From contig JAFGGO010000069.1 in assembly GCA_016930515.1 (NCBI GenBank), positions 1 through 20,239 of the forward strand: a stretch of 20,239 bases of DNA, in the 5' to 3' direction. The DNA is from Promethearchaeota archaeon. GTDB lineage: Archaea; Asgardarchaeota; Lokiarchaeia; Sigyniarchaeales; SOKP01. A program made the position numbers and the translations under genes. Of the stretch, positions 16,750-20,239 are shown piece by piece (the stretch's first letter is position 1; each line of letters begins with the position of its first letter). Under the pieces are notes generated by a model that worked only from the letters and a program-made list of their open reading frames with translations, was not told the origin of the DNA and searched no databases.

Positions 16750-17937
16750 TTAGAAATCGTTGGAAGATAATTTTTCTGTTTCAATCGGTTCGTCCCAAAT
16801 AATCTCAAGGGATTTTATCTTATTGATGGAATCGGGTAATTCTTTCAAGTTTATACAATGCGAAAGGTTCAATATCTTTAATCTGGTTAATCTTCCTATC
16901 GATTCTGGGATTTTTGTTAGTTTTGAACAACTTTTTAGTTTTAAAACTTCAAGTCTTTTAAGATCTCCAATCGTATTTGGAAGATTTCTTAACATTACAT
17001 ATCCTAAATTGCTTCCTAATATTAATTCTCTGAGATTTACCAATTTTCCTATTGTATCTGGAATAGTTTCAAGATAAAAGCTGTTTGATAAATCTAAGAC
17101 TTCTAATTTTTCTAAATTTCCAACACTTTGAGGTAAATATTTCAAAAATGTGCAGTTTCTTAATTTTAGAATTCGTAAATTAGTTAGGTTCCCGATCTCA
17201 TGAGGTAAAGTTTCAAGAGCGTCAAAATTGCTCAGATCGAGGTGTTCCAATTGTTTTAAAAGAGCGATGCTTCTTGGAAGGCTTTTAATATTCGAAGTTG
17301 CTTTTCTGAACTTTTGATAATTATATGATAAGATAGATTCAAAATCAGTCTCCCAACCAAAAAGATTCAGGGCAACCACATGTCCATTCTTTACGGCATA
17401 TAACGCTTTCCCTTTTAAAACTTGCGAAATGTCTTCGGAACGGTATTTCTTAAAAAAATCAATTTTTTCCACGCTTAATTCTTCGTGAATTGACTCTAAA
17501 TCTAAGAAAAACGTAATTTCCTCCTCCTGAACTCCAAAGATGGAGTGTAAAAGCTCTTTTTTAAGAGTTTGGATTAATTGGATCTCGCTGTTATTAAGTG
17601 CTTCGAATATGGATTTGAATACTATAGAAGATTTTTCGTTTTGAATAGTCCATTTCAATGGGGAGACCGCTTCTTTCAAATAAAATTTAATTATCATTTT
17701 TGCAACGACACTTCTTATCATTGGATTCTCCTCAGAGATTAATAGGTCTTCCAGTAATTCATAGATAGATCTGTTCTTTAAGGACAGTTCTTCGATTAAT
17801 TCTAAAGCCTCTATAACTAATTGCGGAGTATTTGAGACTTCCAAGATGGAAATTATTAACTTAACAATCTCATTTTCAGTAATGATTTTTTTTAAATAAT
17901 CGTTGCGTAATTTCTGAATGTTGAAATTATCTTGCAT
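16750..17937 (-). CDS. HEAT-like N-terminus plus leucine-rich repeat protein
   Basis: Helical N-terminus (YELLEDLLISEENPMIRSVVA), cap-like NGHVVALNL, then 6-7 repeats of about 24 aa (LP.SIG.L..L..L.L..C..L). Confidence 0.9.
   Translation of the reverse strand: MQDNFNIQKLRNDYLKKIITENEIVKLIISILEVSNTPQLVIEALELIEELSLKNRSIYELLEDLLISEENPMIRSVVAKMIIKFYLKEAVSPLKWTIQNEKSSIVFKSIFEALNNSEIQLIQTLKKELLHSIFGVQEEEITFFLDLESIHEELSVEKIDFFKKYRSEDISQVLKGKALYAVKNGHVVALNLFGWETDFESILSYNYQKFRKATSNIKSLPRSIALLKQLEHLDLSNFDALETLPHEIGNLTNLRILKLRNCTFLKYLPQSVGNLEKLEVLDLSNSFYLETIPDTIGKLVNLRELILGSNLGYVMLRNLPNTIGDLKRLEVLKLKSCSKLTKIPESIGRLTRLKILNLSHCINLKELPDSINKIKSLEIIWDEPIETEKLSSNDF
16800..17290 (-). repeat. Coding LRR array, about 72-nt period
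   Basis: LPRSIALL, LPHEIGNL, LPQSVGNL, IPDTIGKL, LPNTIGDL, IPESIGRL, LPDSINKI at 24-aa spacing (one 27-aa unit). Confidence 0.85.
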
Positions 17938-18082
17938 TTACTTCAGATTGGAATTTTAAGTATTGATTTTCAATATATAATATCTCCTAATGAATTTTAA
18001 ATCCTATCAAAAATAGAGTAAAAAATAAATATAAATAGACATCGCTACATAAATATTATAGAGTAGTAAAAAAGGATGCATC

Positions 18083-18694
18083 ATGAGTGAAGAAGGAGAA
18101 AAGGAAGCCTTAAGGAAGTTAATAATGCTCATCTCGGAACTCCGCGCTAAAGACGAAGAACGATATGAGGCTCACGTAAATTTCATGAACGAAACGATCA
18201 AGATGATCTCGGCCATCGAATCGCAAATGAACAAGCACTGGTCAACCGTCTTAGAATCTTTAAAGGAATTAAACGAGAATATTTCCTCTAATTTAGATTC
18301 GCTCCTAACGGGAATTAATCCTAGTGGATTGAAAGAAACATCGAAATCACTCAATGAAATTATGGATACAATGAACAAGAGCATACAATCAATGAACTTG
18401 GAAAAAGTTATTAGTGAACTTAATTATCTCAAGAGTGGTGGAACTTATGCAATTCAGATGCCTATTCAAGTAGCTGGAGGTGCAGTAGCGGCACAGCCCG
18501 AAGAAATAACCGCAGGTTTGGTTGCACCTCAAGGTTTAAAGCCACCAGTTGGACTTAAAACTCCTGGCGCCAAGGGAAAGGCGAAAGCTCCAGCCGAACA
18601 AGAATGGGTTGATCCAACAGAAAGAAGACATGAACAAGATGACGACGATGACGAATCTAGATTGCTAAAACCTAGTGATTTTTTTGGAATGTAA
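18083..18694 (+). CDS. Hypothetical protein: helical/coiled-coil N-terminal half and disordered Pro/Gly/Lys then acidic tail
   Basis: 203-aa ORF, AAGGA upstream of the ATG, heptad-like pattern over about residues 5-117, tail ending DDDDDESRLLKPSDFFGM. Confidence 0.75.
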   Translation: MSEEGEKEALRKLIMLISELRAKDEERYEAHVNFMNETIKMISAIESQMNKHWSTVLESLKELNENISSNLDSLLTGINPSGLKETSKSLNEIMDTMNKSIQSMNLEKVISELNYLKSGGTYAIQMPIQVAGGAVAAQPEEITAGLVAPQGLKPPVGLKTPGAKGKAKAPAEQEWVDPTERRHEQDDDDDESRLLKPSDFFGM

Positions 18695-18799
18695 TTTTTA
18701 AAAGCTCCCAACCCTTTTAATGCAATAAATATCGAGTTTACAATTCTTTAGCTAAAAAATTTCTCTTATCGTTTTTATTAAATTAAGGAAATTAATAAA

Positions 18800-20224
18800 T
18801 TAATTGTTTTTTTCAGTATGATTATCGGGATTTTGAGGCAACTCGTTAGGTGCTTTAGTTTCTGAGGATTCGTTTCCTTCAGTTTCACTTTCTTTTTCGG
18901 AAGGTTCTGAATCAGATGGTTTAGTTAGAGCCTTTTGTCCAACAGGTGTCCCACATACGGGACATTCGTCCCATCCCTTTCTCAAGGAATAACCACAATT
19001 CAAACATTCTTTCATCTCGGGATCAGGTACCCATTCTGGAATATCTAATGTACCGCCCTGTCTTTTTTTGGCTAACTCCATGAGTTCCTCTTCTTTCCAA
19101 TATTCCATACCTTCTGGCAAACCCGAACTTCTTTGCTCAGAATTCTTAATAAGTTCTTCTTCCGTCCAAGCCGGCATGTTTGGTGCCCCAGTACCGCGCT
19201 TTTGCGCCTCTTCTGCAAGTTCCTCGGCAGTCCATGCGGATAATTGTTGACCACCTGGAGTTCTCACACCGGATGTACTTAATGCTTCTACCATATCACC
19301 TCCCTTAGTTGTAGAGGGCGCTTCGCAGCAAGCAGCTGAAAACTTCAAAAATCCCTCAAAACATCTTGAATATTTCCCAGTTTCCAGCTTACTTTCGTCA
19401 GTAACAATCATTAAACTTGTATTATCCGATTTTTGGGGTAAAGCCATGGCACAAATTGAAATTTCGTGGTTTAATCGTTTCGAATCCAATCCCGATTCTA
19501 TTTTTGTCATTGCTTCCATTGCATCGCGATTTTTCATTAGAAAATCGCAAATTGGTTCTCCGTGTCTTTGATAACTCTCGTGGTATTTTGCTACTTGATT
19601 TCGAGCAGAATTTGCATCAAAGGATTTTATGATGGCCATTATATAGGAATAAATCTGTGATGTCGGTTTCTTTTCAGAACTTTCTATATGAAATCCTCCC
19701 AAATCAAGTTCTCCGATAAGGGGTGCAAATAAGGGCTCCTGATCTTTCATTTTTCCGAAGACGGTTGTCTTCGACACGAGGCACTCTATTTCTCCACAGT
19801 AAGTAATTGTATTATCAAGCAGTTGGACCTTTTTATCGTATAATAATCTGGGAATAGTATAAAAAATAACATCTTTCCAAGGAAGTTCCTTTACTGGAAT
19901 AATGACTCCACATGATTTTTCTATGTATTCTTTGAACTTTTTTTCGAGATCCTTGAGTTCTTTTTTAATATCTTTAAATTTATCTCTTTCTATTTCTTCC
20001 TTTAATTTTTTAGTAAGTTCTTCGAATTTTTCCTTGTTTTTAGTTACCGAACCTCCAAAAATTTTTAAATCTCCAATTATGTTTTGTTTCATTATGAAGG
20101 TTGCTTCTTCAATTGATTTTTTCATGTATTCGGGAATTTCATCAATTTTTCCCTCAACAATGAATGTATCAATATCAAATTTAAGAGAATCCAATAATTC
20201 TTCAAATAAATTTTGTTCTGTCAT
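18800..20224 (-). CDS. Hypothetical protein with tandem W-x-x-EEL repeats, a C4 zinc ribbon and an acidic tail
   Basis: 474-aa ORF; WTAEEL, WTEEEL, WKEEEL, then WVPD-x5-CLNC-x10-CPVCG. Confidence 0.8.
   Translation of the reverse strand: MTEQNLFEELLDSLKFDIDTFIVEGKIDEIPEYMKKSIEEATFIMKQNIIGDLKIFGGSVTKNKEKFEELTKKLKEEIERDKFKDIKKELKDLEKKFKEYIEKSCGVIIPVKELPWKDVIFYTIPRLLYDKKVQLLDNTITYCGEIECLVSKTTVFGKMKDQEPLFAPLIGELDLGGFHIESSEKKPTSQIYSYIMAIIKSFDANSARNQVAKYHESYQRHGEPICDFLMKNRDAMEAMTKIESGLDSKRLNHEISICAMALPQKSDNTSLMIVTDESKLETGKYSRCFEGFLKFSAACCEAPSTTKGGDMVEALSTSGVRTPGGQQLSAWTAEELAEEAQKRGTGAPNMPAWTEEELIKNSEQRSSGLPEGMEYWKEEELMELAKKRQGGTLDIPEWVPDPEMKECLNCGYSLRKGWDECPVCGTPVGQKALTKPSDSEPSEKESETEGNESSETKAPNELPQNPDNHTEKNN
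19031..19243 (-). repeat. Three full and one partial 22-23 aa protein repeats
   Basis: Trp codons at 19232-19234, 19166-19168, 19097-19099 and 19031-19033 (spacing 66, 69, 66 nt). Unit: hydrophobic-x-x-W-x-x-EEL-x6-R-x-x-G. Confidence 0.8.
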
Positions 20225-20239
20225 CCTGATCTTTTTTAA

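Noticed and set aside
18660-18694. PIP box at LLKPSDFF
   Set aside because: Lacks the Gln and has Pro where the aliphatic residue is required.
18774-18799. TTTATTAA...TTAATAAA inverted repeat between convergent genes
   Set aside because: Eight all-AT pairs are expected by chance in this composition.
137-19632. Short alternative ORFs in the track (137-346, 1833-2024, 2194-2397, 7734-7916, 8454-8669, 8730-8921, 9142-9324, 9362-9553, 10425-10634, 13265-13477, 16760-17077, 18172-18384, 18529-18711, 19068-19250, 19072-19254, 19417-19632)
   Set aside because: All overlap longer, motif-supported genes on the opposite strand or another frame and show no recognisable motifs.
1-20239. CRISPR array, tRNA, rRNA, or diversity-generating retroelement acting on the paralogous receptors
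   Set aside because: Intergenic gaps are all under about 150 nt, with no spaced direct repeats or GC-rich structured RNA. There is no reverse transcriptase and no near-identical template/variable repeat pair.

Overview
AT-rich, gene-dense archaeal window. The gene content (HEAT+LRR protein, single-pass glycoproteins with longin-like tails, GK5-like kinase, BRE/TATA-type promoters) most resembles Asgard archaea (Lokiarchaeia); this is inferred from family recognition, not from a search. Left to right: a truncated IS607-type tnpA remnant at the window edge; a co-oriented minus-strand run (PHP hydrolase, MazG/DCTPP1-like pyrophosphatase, alpha/beta hydrolase, GK5-like FGGY kinase, two tandem paralogous receptor-like membrane proteins, CCG-domain Fe-S protein, alkyl-DHAP-synthase-like flavoprotein, prenyltransferase-repeat-like hypothetical); then glmS, a GH13 alpha-amylase, a HEAT/LRR protein and two convergent hypothetical proteins. 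The best leads are (1) a possible glycerol or glycerol-ether-lipid module built from homologs of eukaryotic AGPS and GK5, (2) the receptor-like paralog pair, one of which has a sharp codon-usage break at the membrane boundary, and (3) eukaryote-like motifs (half-FYVE-like zinc finger, CHMP1-like helix) in the last two genes. No rRNA, tRNA or CRISPR array was seen. All homology statements are from recalled motifs and need HMM or structure confirmation.
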